Assembly (NCBI GenBank): GCA_946965045.2
Contig: OX337228.1
Location: forward strand, 620,001-684,000
Direction of reading: 5' to 3'
DNA: 64,000 bases
From: Epithemia pelagica
Taxonomy: Eukaryota; Protista; Bacillariophyta
A program made the translations under genes and the position numbers. This document shows, in pieces, positions 10,299-23,140 of the stretch (positions are counted from its first letter, which is position 1; the number at the start of each line of letters is the position of its first letter). The notes under the pieces are model-generated. The model was not told the DNA's origin and made no database searches. It saw only the letters and a list, made by a program, of their open reading frames with translations.

Positions 10299-13200
10299 TC
10301 ACTTCATGAAGCGTTTCTCGAGATTGTCACGGGCACTTTCATTGCATTCGGAAGCCCATTCTTTGATGTTGTGCACGGCCCAGACATTGTCACTAAAGTT
10401 TCTCAAATTACGACTGTCTTCTTGGAGCAAATCTTTTTCAAGTGAAGAATGGAAATATGCTGGGATAGAATCACGGTCTTGAATCATTTCTGGGTTCTCA
10501 TCCACTACACCAACAACCTCAACAATATTCCGGAGTGGAACCATGACAATTTCAGCTATTCGATGTAGGTCAAAACGCTTCCGCCATTTTTGAAAGAGAA
10601 CGGATGATTTCTCGATATCAGCTGCACTTTGTACATATGTCGTTCGGAGAAGGACATGGGTCATCTCGGGTGAAGTTGAAGGTTGACATACCGGTGATGG
10701 TTGTATTTGTATGGGGTCTGTTCGAGGAATGGGTATTTGAATGAAGCATATCGTTTGACATAGGATGGTATCAAATTCTCCGAGAGGTTGGTTGTATACC
10801 TCGTCAAGAGGTTTCCTTTTTTTCTTTGGAACTTTAGCCATCACCCAATCTCTCCATGGCCCCTCGCTTTGATAATTCGGGTGAGCTCGTATATTTCCTA
10901 TCCCCGGGTCTTCGAACTTAAGCTCTGTGCTCCCGAACAATTCCAGTGTGGTTGAAATCTTATTTGTTGGATCATCAATCATCCCGTCTATATGATGAAA
11001 AAAGCGTTTGTAATGTAATCGAAAGAAGTGATTACAAAACTGTGGCAATGTCATGTCATGATTTGTTTTGGAATGGAATTCAATATTCACTGATACCACA
11101 TCCTCCGCGTCAATCGCCTGTGTACACTACTCGTCTGGTTTCCGTTTGATCCGTCTTGTTCTTTTCTGGTCGTGCCTGGAACTTGAATCGACATACCCAA
11201 TGGAGACGGAAGATCCTTGTCTGTTTCATTTGATGACTGGTCTTGATTATCACCAGAAGTATGTACGTTCGTGTGAGGTACTGGAATCAAACGTTTTTCT
11301 CTGGTCATGGATACTACTATGACCGTTCCACGGCTATTTGAGGTTGATGTGGTAGGGAGTTGGTTTTGGGATCCCTTTTTTCTCCTTGTTTCATAAGGCG
11401 ACTTCCCTTCCTGGAGAAAGGTGACATGATCTTCTTAAAGACCTGTTGCTTCCTGCAGCATTTCCAAGCTTTGCATCCACCAGATATTTTCTGCAAGTTG
11501 CGACTCAAAAATTCCTTTTCCACGTTTCTGTACCGTTTTTGCATTCAATTTCACAATTTCCTTATGATTACTTTCCTCTGACTCCACATCAAGCAGTCGT
11601 GCTGGTCCAAAATTCTGAATCTGTTGTATAATGTGTATGAGATGGTGGAATTTTGGTATCATCCACCCGTTGGACGTCAATTTGCCTTTTTTATCGAGCC
11701 TGGGTGCATATCTCCTGATGCCGTCCATCAAAATCTGCACTGATTCGAGAGACTTGGATGCTGTTGTTTGTCCTTCTTGAGAGTCTGGGTCTGTTTCCCA
11801 GAATGTATCCATACGAATCCAGCTGTTGAAACACAAAAGAGTCTCCAATAGATGCAGGAAGTCTATGTATGGTTCCCGCTCATCAACATCCCAGATAGAC
11901 CTGTAAGCAACTGGGTCATCATCAAAAACAGTTTCAGCTGTGATATCAATGTCAACACTATCATCATCATCAAGACGTGTACGTTCGTACTCTTCATCTG
12001 GTGGAGTATCATCCTCATTGTCAGCAATAGGTTCACTTGTCTCTTGCACTTGGTCCACGTCCGATTGACATGTCTTGTTGGTGGTTTTGGATGTTTGCTT
12101 TGCTTGTCGTTTTTTCCATTCCGCAACCACCTTGTTCCATTTCTTTGCCATATTCTTCGCAAATATAAGGCGACCTCTGGCAGTGGCACATAGAGCTGCT
12201 GAAGCAAACATGATCCCAACCCACTCATTGGCAGTTACTTTTGAAAGGTTACTGATCCCGGTCGAGAATGATGGTCCGGGATATCCAAGTTTCGATGAAT
12301 ACGAGAATACAGTCTGTCTACTTGCCCGAAAGATTGAATTGTAGACATAATCAAACATGGCCCGTTCAGTTTTTGTCATCAAAGCAAAAAAGTCAATCAT
12401 GATGTATCTCATTATCCCAGATTTCAATGTATGAAGAACGTCACAACTTCTGGCCGAGAAAATCCCATGTTCAGAATTGGTTCCTTCACCCAGGTAAACC
12501 TTGGAAAAACAAAGATCGACTGCATATTGTCCCATGTCATGCAATTGGGTTTTCGCAGCTGACACAAGGGTATTGACCCCTCCATCTCTGCTATCTTCTT
12601 GACTTACTTGCGATGTGCTCAAAAAGGTAGGAACAGTCAAAGTCGAAAATGTATCATTGTCTCTCTCTTGGTAATCAACATCCTGTTTGGTCAGTTTTTC
12701 TCGATTTTCATTAAGACCCAATGCATTCAAGCACATTTTGTATGTACTTGTAGCGTTGATATAAGAACATTCATGCCATAGGTATCTGCTATCCCTTGGT
12801 ATAATGTTGCAACACCATGATAGTCTTCCAACACTTGGATGATGCGAGGCATACCGACCTGCAAGGTTATCCTGAGACTTCCCGTCTCCTTTGACAACAA
12901 TCATTGGCAATATCAAACGGACAACTTTGATAATCCCATGGAGGCGTAGTTTCATCCATAAACCTTCCTGTTTTTGGATACTGACAAGACCTTCGAGGAT
13001 CTTAGTCAATTGAGCATGATAATTTTGGCAAGGAGTCCCTTTATCGAGGATATGTTTTGCCGCCGATGATTTTCTTTCCATGTCTGTAAAAGTCCCAAGG
13101 ATGATCTGTCGCCTTGCTTTCCTCATTTGTGTTTCCGTTAGAAAAGATGGCACCATTACAACAGGCTCCGATGTATATCTTCCATCCCCTGTTGCATGTG

Positions 13201-14102
13201 TTTTGTCCATATAACAGACAAGACCAACCACGAAGGCATCTGGATCATCTCTATATTTCTCCACTGTTTTCCAAAATACTTCTCCTGTCTTGTATATTTT
13301 GGATGTGCTTGTTTGGAACATATGGACGATACGGATCGTCATCATCAAGGATCGTATTTTCTTTCTTGGTTGCGTCGGGATCTTGTAATACACGCTGTAG
13401 TTGACTGATCAAATCAAATACTGGTGTTGTTAACGATTTCTTACTCTCTGGTACAACCACACCCTGTTTTTGGGTGAATTCCATTGGTACCGAGAAAAAT
13501 TTGGCCTTGGGGTAATTGAAACCTTTGGTAGAAAACTTGTCGATGAACGTTTTCCTCTTTGAATGGTTGTCCAGGAAGAACCCAGGACCGCATCTTGAGT
13601 TTGTGTCACTCGACCATGCCAGGATCAAATTGTACAAATATTTGGGGCAACCAGCTTTCCGAAGTAACATCATAAGTGAGACCAAGGCTGCATCGTGTTT
13701 ATGAAGTTTCAATTGCTTCCCATCTCTATCGAGGAAAGCAGGAAAATCAACCGGGCACTCCTTGCTGTTGCGCAGAATAATATTATCTGTATCACCAGGT
13801 ACATAGTATGCTTTTGGTGGGTCAGCATGCAGAATAGTGGTTTCATCGTCCATGATATCAATATTCATCGGATCAGCATTCATATTACTGGCACAATCAT
13901 CGTCGTCATCGCCAACATTTGGCCATTTCCCTTGGGTGTTCATTTTCAATTCACAAACTGTTTCGTGACGGCTGATTCCTCTTGCATCGAAACGTGATTG
14001 ACAGAAACAACACACTTGAAAGGATATGAAGGACTCCTCTTGTTGGCTTGTATTTGAGCATCTCTTTCGCGACTTCTTTTTTACTTTACGACGCTGGCCC
14101 AT
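10299..14102 (-). pseudogene. Plavaka-type transposase in three or more ORF pieces (14102-13251, 13393-11435, 11099-10299)
   Basis: Motifs LMMLLRKAGCPKYLYNLILAW, GLVCYMDKTH...EP, KGDGKSQDNLAG, DVLHTLKSGI, KFHHLIH...FGPARLLDVESEESNHKEIVK and C-terminal RAHPNYQSEGPWRDW. A frameshift lies near 13310 and further breaks or introns lie at 11100-11435. Confidence 0.85.
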
Positions 14103-14790
14103 GATGGTACAATGCTGGTGGTTTTAGATTTTGGTTTGGAATGAAAAATGCTCGATAATCGATTTCTGCAAATTGAGACATCAGTGGTCAATCTTGTGGC
14201 ATGTATCAGAATTTCTCCGCATTGGGTGGATCGGCCGACGTTGGTGCATAAAAGCGACTGAAAATCATTTATGTACATGAACGGATCATAATATTTTCAA
14301 ACGGTCGTGTGTATTTACTTAATCCAATCCAGCCTGCCGGGTTAGATACCAACGGTGATAGCAGCGATTGGAATTCAAACACCGTGTCAATGCCGAGGAT
14401 ACCGACGCTGTCGACATTCGAAAGGAAATGACAATCATTCAAACCCATGCACCAATGTTCCATCTGACAAGTATGATGTACTTGAAACCACCTATGCTCA
14501 TCTTCATACGTTCTCCAAAGTACCATCGTTCAAACATGGAGTTAATGATTCAAACATGGAGCATTCCAGCGTTTGAATTGGAATGGTTGTCTGGTTGATC
14601 AAATCAGAGGACTTGTTGTTGTCCTGCTCTTGTTCACATCCTTGTCATAAATCAGACGGAGCATCCAAGATAAACAATGGCAGGAGTCACCACCAGAAAT
14701 GCAGCTCCAACGAGGCGTTGACCCTTAGCAGTCCGAAATGCAAACTATGGAAGTAATCAGAAAGAGGTTGAACGACAACGAAGAAGCATC

Positions 14791-16664
14791 TTGGCAGCAG
14801 TGGCAACAAGAAATAAAGAGCATCTTCCTAACAAAGACGGGACAATTACAAACAAAGATGCTCTTATTGCAGCAGCCAATGGAGGTTTAGTACTCCAACA
14901 AGATAGTTCTGATGACGAGGAAGAAGAGGAACAGATCTCGATGAGCAACAATCAAGCACAAGCACAAGAAGGCACAACTGTGGAAGGGAGTGGTAATCTT
15001 TTGGAGCAGGCAACAAATTCAGAAAAAGATGGAGCCGATGTGACTTCAGCAGATGATAGCAATAATGAACAGGGTGGGCTGAGAACACAACCATCATCTG
15101 GTGTTGCGCAACCAACAAAAACGGCAGTTAATAATATGGAGGAGGAGGATGTCGGTGTTAATATTCTCACTGGACCTGAAATGCAACGAGCATTGCAGAA
15201 TATGAGCAATGGACCCAGTGAGTATGATGGAGATGATTTTGATCCTAATGAGAGACATTTTCCTGCTGGAGGACTTGTCAGTAAGTTGTTAGATGCACGA
15301 AATAGAGGAGGACAATTTGTCGGTGAGACGGCTCTAATGACGGGGGTGTTTGTGGGTTGAATGCATCAGGTGATACCTTTGCTAACGACGTTTCTTCCCT
15401 TTCGGATATGTCGTCATCTTCGTCATCTACTTTGCTAACAACAGGGCCTGATCAGGCGATGGAAACTCTTCTACAAGACGATATTCAAAATCAGTTGGCA
15501 CAGGAAACACAGACAACAACAGTACACCATAATCAATCATCTTGCCCGACAAGTACGATTGTAACATCCACTACACACAAAGGTTCTGTCGAAAAGGACA
15601 AGAATAAGAAGCAAAAGCCGAAGAAAAAGCCTGAGGTGGTATCGGAGAAGTTCTTTGATACATTTGTTCGGAAGGTGGCATGGCGTTATGTCAAGTATTT
15701 CTCCATGTCCGAAGATACTAAGGCAGATCCGAATGGTCTTTGGGGGAAGTATGGCAAAACATATTTTACTGAGCACTATTTCAAAGGCAAAGGCATTACG
15801 GATGCAAAACAACAAGAAGAGTGGTGGATTGAACATTCACCTTATATGCTTGACAAGTTCCGAAGCAAACGATCAAATGTTCTGGCTTCCATGCAAAAAG
15901 CATTCAAGTGTCAATCGAAGAGTGAATATGTTGGTTCATCACATCGTCTTCTCATAAAGAGATGTGAGATAATTTGTTGTGGAATCTAGAACATGTGGGT
16001 CTTGATCTATGGCGTGACAGTAATTTCCAGCGGAGGTATCCATGCCTTTTGAACGACTGTGAAGACTTTGGGCCAATGCCTACCCCTGGAAGAATTTCTG
16101 TTATTGAGAGGAGAGAAGTGTGACAACTATGCCTATTCATATCTCTTGCAATTGTTTGGTCCATGTGTCTATGGTGAGAATATGCATAAAACCCTGATTG
16201 ATTTCAATTTTGGTGACCACACTGAGCAGCAGGGAAAGGAACATTGCGAAAAGGCCTTGAAGTTATTCACTTCAAGTAACAAGGCGTTCATATTGACCAT
16301 CCTTGTGGATTGCTGGGATGTGTGGACTCACATGGGCAAGACCACTTTCAAGGCGAAACTATTTGAAGTAAATCCAAGGTGGTACAATGAAAATGGTGTT
16401 GATCAAATGATTGATACATCCTCAGCAAAGTATCCTCGCTTCAAATATTCAGGCAGTTGGAACTCAAGTCGATGTATGAATGAGGATGGTATGGACTATT
16501 TTGAGGATATGGAAGAGAAAATCGCTCGTGAAGACAGAGCAGGCGACCGCAGTATCTGGTTCATGACGTTTCTCAATGGGCAATATCGCTCTCGAATGGG
16601 GTATGCAGATGACGATGCTGTGACAAGGCCTTCTAAAAGGCCGCGAAAACGGTCGTGGCAGTGA
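14791..16664 (+). CDS. Probable multi-exon accessory gene divergent from the Plavaka transposase
   Basis: Three consecutive protein-like ORFs: an acidic disordered part, ...EWWIEHSPYMLDKFRSKRSNVLASMQKAFK, and ...NKAFILTILVDCWDVW...GMDYFEDME..., ending in NLS-like RPSKRPRKR. Exon boundaries not resolved. Confidence 0.55.
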
Positions 16665-17215
16665 TTGATCAGAGTGACAATTGGTTTCATTTCATATACT
16701 ACTCCTATATAGCTACATGTATTGTGTTCCATTCATTCGCTGGTTGTTAGTGGGAGTGTGTGCATGGTGCTAGTTAAATGCACTGTGTTCAACTTGCTTG
16801 CACTTGATGCTGGAGTAATGCGCATGATGGTGATGTGACACAATCAAGGATGAGTGCATACATAGGAGGGTATGTGATGACTGTTGGTTCTTGACTGTGC
16901 ATGAAGGTGGACGATTGTGATGACTGTTGGTTCTTGACTGCGCATGAAGGTGGAGGGATGTGATGACTATTGGTTCTTGACTGTGCATGGTGTTGAAGTT
17001 GGTGAAATGTGGGTCATGCGCTTGCTGGTTCTGGAAAGCACATTTTTAGTTATAACGTGAGGATGGGGCATGCTCATGTTCTTGTAGGTGTGCGCGTGTT
17101 CTTGTAGGTGTGCGCGTGTCCTACGCGCGGATGATTCTAGTAGGATGCGCTTAGGGGTGCTTTCTTATCAATAATTAAACCGCCATAAACTGGCGTACCG
17201 TTCCTTCCTTAGATG

Positions 17216-20200
17216 TCGCATAACTCCGTTTGTGAGGTCGGAGCGAGACAAGCCGTCGGTTCCTTGGGCAATCATCCTCTTGCCCGATACCCAAACAACA
17301 TGCACAAAGGCTTCGCCAACCATGAGTATTTTGTGGAGACGAAACATAAGCCGCAAGACCTCTGGGGACTTTGCGGTGCCTCTGTAGAACGCGGATTCAG
17401 CATGCATGTTGTCCGTAAAAATGAAGACTTCGGCAAGAGAGTTGAGTCGTCCCTCGCTCGCCATTTGCTCTACCTTCATCACAATATTCGCCAGTTCGCG
17501 AAAGTTGGACGATGACCCTTTCATTTTGTCCGGTTGCCAAGCTCCGAAATCGACTTCAACTTTCTCGTCTCCTGGCGTCCATCCGGACATTCCGAAACCA
17601 GCTCCCGAAGCGTCTCCAAAGAAATATCTGACTTTGGCACCTTGCTTGTCTGGTCGTAAGGTTCGATGAGGAGGTTCTTCACTCTCGGTAAGTTGTTCCA
17701 ACGCTTCTACATCGAATTCCATTCGTGGTACAATTCTGACTCTTTCCGGTGCTTGGTCCGTCGCTTCGCTCAATTCGTCCAGTGTTTCTGATCCCACTTT
17801 CTAGCCGTCCTCATCTCGGTCCGGCCGCCAACTGTTCATGCTGGCGTATACACCGTTTAGGTAAATTCGTATAACCAAGTAAGCCCTGCCAACATGGTTG
17901 AGAAATCCTGCCACCTGTTCAAGTGTTTTACGGCTGATCGTCCCTTTTGGTCTGGCTTGGTTCCTGTCATCGATCTCTTTTTGAAGACGAGCGATTTCTT
18001 GTTTAGTCTTGTCCCACTTTTCCTGTGACACAGCCATAAACGGTCTTCTGGGAGAGGTACCACAGATGACTCCAGCCCAAGCTCCAGGGCTTTGTGTTTG
18101 TTCTCGTCTCTTGCGGGCGGCGTCTTGTACACCATGATACGCCGCGGTTTTCGCGATCTTAGAGCTAACTTGCCATGCGTCTTCCGCTGTTGGTCCCGTC
18201 CCTCGTAGATCATCTACGTAGTCGTGTGCATCGGCCGCCAGTTCACCTGATGACCTATATTTAGCTATCCACGGAATTCCTGGCTGATAGGTCCGTGTTC
18301 CGGGTAGGTTTGTTATCACACGACTCCATCGAAACACGTTTTCAGGATCATCGGGTTTTCCCAGCATGACGCGCTTTAGTCGCCGCGTTTGCTGTACAGT
18401 GTTGAAAGGTGAAGGGCTTTGTCCCATGGGACATCGAGCCCATCCTTCAACGAATAATTCCCCCGAATCCGTCTTACCATAGATCGGTGTCAGATCCATC
18501 CCGCTAAAAGCTTGAAGATCCGGATGTATCCAGAAATTTAAAAACATTTCCCGGTAATCGTTGTTGACGCACCAGTAGGCGTCGTCCAACGTTCTTGTGA
18601 GCACATCAGCATCGGGCAGAGGAAACCATGGTGCATGAAGATATGAATTCAATCCACTCTTGGTTCCATTGTAGACCATTCGAATGTCGGTCTCCCCCTT
18701 TGGTACGGCGAAGTAGTTCATTGTCGCCTTCCATTCGCCTGGTCCGACGAACTGCTTAGTTCTCACATCTTCTATCTTTTCCTTGATCTTGGAAATCGTT
18801 TCTTTGTCTCCCAAACCTTGTTGCCGTTCGATAACAGGACGGGGAATGCCTGTTCAAAGGGGAGGTACTCCAATGGCTAAATCTCGCATATATTCTTCGG
18901 GCCATCGCCAGAAAAAGACACCTGAACCCATCGGCCATCCCCAAAACGTCGCCTTCATCGCCTGTTGGCACGCTTGAATGCCTCGATCGTACACAAGACG
19001 CCACCAGCGAGGTTCATTAATTTTTATCACAGATTCATATTTTACCCACCAATCAAACCATGATCGGCGAACATTTCGCTTCCAGCGAGTTAACATGACG
19101 GTACGCATCAGTGCAAATGCTCGTCGGTGAGAGTCTTCCAACTGCTCACACTTCAACAAGAATCTTACACGATCGTCCCACAATTCGACAGGTACCGCTG
19201 CTTTATCATGTTTTACAGCTTTCTCAGTGTTGGTGTCCACTGCCGATTGCTTGTTGCGTTCGTACCCCTTCATGCGCTTGAGTCCAGAGTTGCCGTGATC
19301 CTCTCTTTCCTTTTCTGCCGTTTCAGTGTCAGTCCTACAACTTTTTCTCGTGCCTGGCGGTTCTTCAGCTTGGATTGCCTCGGCCTTTCGTTTATGAGTT
19401 GTTTTCGTCCATTCGGCCAGACACGTTCCGATCGATGCTGCAGCCTTGATGGGGGCTGTCAATTCACGGACCATGACTTCCTTGGTGGATTCATTCCAAC
19501 CTTTTGATAGAGTCGCCGGTATATCCAAGCAAGAGACCACTTCTGAAACTGTTAAGGATCGGTACGTGAACGCTCTTGAGCCATACACTGTTGGTAGAGT
19601 CCAAAGTTTTCTTCGTTTCATTCGAACTTCGTTCCAACTGACTTGTTGTTGTTCTTCTGCCCTCGCTTCTTCATGCGCACAGCGGCTGCACTTTCCTGTC
19701 TTGGTTTTGTCCACCAAATCATGAAAAGAGCTGTCGGCACCCTGCAAGAGATCATCGATCCAAAATTCGCCCGTCGTCAAATCCTTGGAGTCGATTCTTG
19801 TCCAGGCATGCACTCGACCCTTCCAGTCAGTTACACCACCCAATTCTTTGTGATCCAACACTCGACTTGAAACTTTCCATCCTTGGGGTGGCTTCCCTCG
19901 TGGTGAACGGTGAGATAGCACTACTTGCAAGTCCTCGTGCCAGAACAGGGGGTCTGATCTGGGTGGTCGGAATGGTCCTTCAAACACAACAACATGGCTC
20001 CTTGGGTAGAGGTTCCAGTCGAAATTGTTTCCGGCCTCCGACGTTGATGAGTCCTCGAGAGGAGGCATCCAATATACTTCAGTATGTGAACCAACCAGAT
20101 TCTCCCAATGACTTTGATTCTTTGGAAGCAACAGCCAATCCAGCGTACAGTTCGACAAGAAGTTGCTAGTCAACGTTAACCACACAGGTATTCCGTTCGA

Positions 20201-20371
20201 CACTATACCCACTTTCAATTCGCCGTCTTGAAGAGGAACAGTTCGTCGAAACCAAGACGAATACGATTCGGTGACAGGAGTTGCTATTTCAAATTTTTCT
20301 ACAGTCGTTGGAAGTTTCTCGAGTTCCCTTGACTCGTCCTCTTTTCCCTGCCCTTCCGATCCACCAATCAA
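17216..20371 (-). pseudogene. YR-element pol: degenerate C5-MTase-like domain, RT and RNase H in one frame with two internal stops (18854-18856 TGA, 17801-17803 TAG)
   Basis: RT: YFAVPKGETDIRMVYNGT, EMFLNF, PMGQSPSP, YVDDLR, PGAWAG. RNase H: FGDASGAGFG, SSNFRELAN, FTDN, QGTDGLSR. The ORFs 18854-20371, 17801-18814 and 17168-17797 share one frame. Confidence 0.88.
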
Positions 20372-23140
20372 TCATTCTTCCTTGGGAGTATTGTTGCTCT
20401 TGGCTTTCTTGAACGGAAGGCGGGCTTGAATGTTTTTTACCTGGCTCTCCACCGCGTCGACCTTTCTCTTCGCTTGCTGCGCGTCGGAGAGAGCTTTCTT
20501 CACGTCGTCCAGCACGATGGGGTTCACGTCGTCGTGAAAACTAACAACATCAAACAAAAATTGTGTCAGCATGGGGCCGACTTTGGGGTGATTTTTGAAC
20601 TGGTGTTCAACAAATTCCTTCTGCAAGCGATGCGCTTGCAAGGTGGCCCACAACAAATCTGGAGCCCGTTCTCGCGTCGTCGCTTGGTTGATGGGCATCT
20701 CGCTGCACGCGCGTCTGGGCATTCTGATGACTTCGAAAACGATACGTATAATATTTTGGACGAGGTCCCAACGCCTTGTCTCGGAAAGGTTCGTGTCCGA
20801 ACCGTAATCCTCCACTTGATCCTTCATGTAAATGAAGAGCGTATCAAGGAAACTCTTCGCGTCCGAAAGCAAGCATCGAGCTATCACCTTGGCATCTCGG
20901 GACATTGATGAAGTCTCGATCTCAGACATGAGGGCTGGGTATTTATCAGCGATCATTTTCCTGATAACGTTTGCGGTTTCAGAATCTCTTGACCCAGAGC
21001 CCTTGAACTTTTCGTAAGTTTCTACCTTCCTGAGTTTCCTTGGGCTCGCTCTCGCTTGGTCAGGGGTCCCAGCTAGGGCTGTGGGAGCAACCAACTGAAA
21101 CGAGTACACTGCCTTCTGATCGCTGGCTCGCTCCATATTAGAGCGTTGACCGCGATAGTGTACATCCACATTCTCCGAGAAACTCTGGGATGCAGTCGTA
21201 CACATTTCCATGAGGGCCATGGCGTCGACGAATTTCAGTGCCTCCGTCGTCACGCTGTTGGATGAAACAAACGCTGACACATGCGACAGAGAGGTAAACT
21301 TGAAGCCTTCCACTTCAACTGTTTGACTTTCCGTCCAAGCTTCCAGGTCCTGAATGCGCAGACGGTTCTTCTGCGACTCCTCTTCCAACTTGCTCACCAA
21401 TTTACGGATCTCATTCACCTCGTCCTGAGAGAGCTTAAAAAGGGACGTCTGACCGCCCATACTTCCTGCAGCTTGCGCTGCCGCCGCCGTTGTACTTCTG
21501 ATGTGATGTTCAAAGTCCGTCAGGCCGCCCTTGAGGAAAAACTTTTCTGCGACCTTGAGGGTTGGAGACGCTTTCGACAACTCAGCCCAAATGGCTTTGT
21601 TGACCTGTTCGGTAATCAACGCGACAAATTCCTTCCGCGAAGAGTGTAACGCTTCGTTCTTCATCGAATGGAGATGCGTCTTCAAGGCATCAATCGATGC
21701 GTACATTCGCTTGAAGCTTTCACCGTGGAGAGCTTGTGTTTCCTGAATGGCTTGAAGGAGAGCCGGATGAATCTTCTTCTCCTCCTGGGCCTGACGCCAC
21801 TCCCCGATTGCTTGCCACACTGTCGTAGCATCCGAATCGTCGGGCGGAGCACCAAACAATCCACTGAGTACATTCACCTTGTCTACGAGCACGTTGATTA
21901 GCTGATTCTGTTCACCTTGACGGATGCGCATCGCCGACAACTCTGCCGCCGTGGCTCGATGGACATGGGCCGTGGCGACCGTATTTTGGGTTACCTTCTG
22001 TTTGAACGTCACATCGTCTAGATCTTCTTCCAGATCTTCCAATTCGCTTTCTTCGATGGGAGACGGCACTTCTACCGCTTCCAACTTAAGTCGTTTCGCA
22101 GGAGTAAAGGCCGTGAACGTGGCGTCCTGCTGGATCTCGTCCAGCGTCTTATGCTTCAACGGTGTTGTGGGTCCAGAACCCAACAACGTGGTGTCTTGAC
22201 CTTGGACGTCACCGCTCAGCATGGCAAACATCGACGACCAGAGCCAAACCGGCTTGAGAGTGCGGGTCATCTCCTGAAGCTTCGACTTGGGGAGCTTGGT
22301 TGCATCCAAGAAAGGATCTTGGAACGCCAACACAGGAGCGGAAGAAGTGCTGGAACCAGCTTTAGGGGTGGGCACGCGAATGAACACGCACTGTTGAAGC
22401 CCTTGATCGTGGAGGCCACCGGTGAAAGAAACAGCTTTACGATGGGATTTGATGCTGCAACGTCCTTTCGTCTGAATGCAAAACTTCCCAGCCACCCCAA
22501 CGACCGCACCACAAACCGACTCGTTCACCAAATCCAACACAACAAGAGACACAGAATTCTGTAAATCGTTAGAAACACTATTAGGTGGCTCACCATTGGT
22601 AGTAGAAGTATTCGCATCTTCTTGGAACTTCACGCGGCCACTTGCAGACGGAGCGTCATACTCCACGAACTGAGACGTATCGCGAGCGACCGGTTCATGT
22701 GTATCCAAAATGGCCGGCTTGAACACACGTGCCTCGGGCTTGGACCAATCGCGACGCGAAGCGGCATTACCAGTATTTCCGCAGCAAAAGCAGACTGCGA
22801 GCGAGACTCGGCAGTCAACGTGGCAGCCATAAGATTGGACTCGGTAAGGCCATCGAGCGAAAAGGATTCGCGAATGGCCGTGGGATTGGTATTCGTGTTC
22901 GCGAGGAACTGATCACCAAACGAACGCACGGACGGCACCGAAACAAACTCCCCCCCCCCCCCCCCCCCGGGTATCCGAAACACCCACCCCCAAGCCGAAA
23001 TCCGAGAACGCCGAAGCTAAGTCAGGAGGACCAGCAGGCGGAGCGGGAGGCGGACCAGACACCGGAGAGTCACGCGAACGAGACGAGACGCGGGGATCGC
23101 GATAAAGCGAAGCAAGAGCGGAAAAACCAGAAGACGACAT
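20372..23140 (-). CDS. Gag-like ORF1 of the YR element (5' part frameshifted, including at the poly-C tract ~22950-22968)
   Basis: 784-aa ORF with a Cys/His motif CGAVVGVAGKFCIQTKGRCSIKSH and coiled-coil segments, directly upstream of pol. Probable start MSSSGFSALASLY at 23140. Confidence 0.7.

Larger units (their letters stand above)
1655..17215 (-). mobile_element. 15.6-kb Plavaka (CACTA/EnSpm-related) DNA transposon with cargo genes
   Basis: Ends CATCTAAGGAGGGAA (1655) and TTCCTTCCTTAGATG (17215) form an inverted repeat matching at 14/15 positions. TC is duplicated at 1653-1654 and 17216-17217. Removing the element restores the host pol frame. A Plavaka-type transposase lies inside. Confidence 0.9.
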
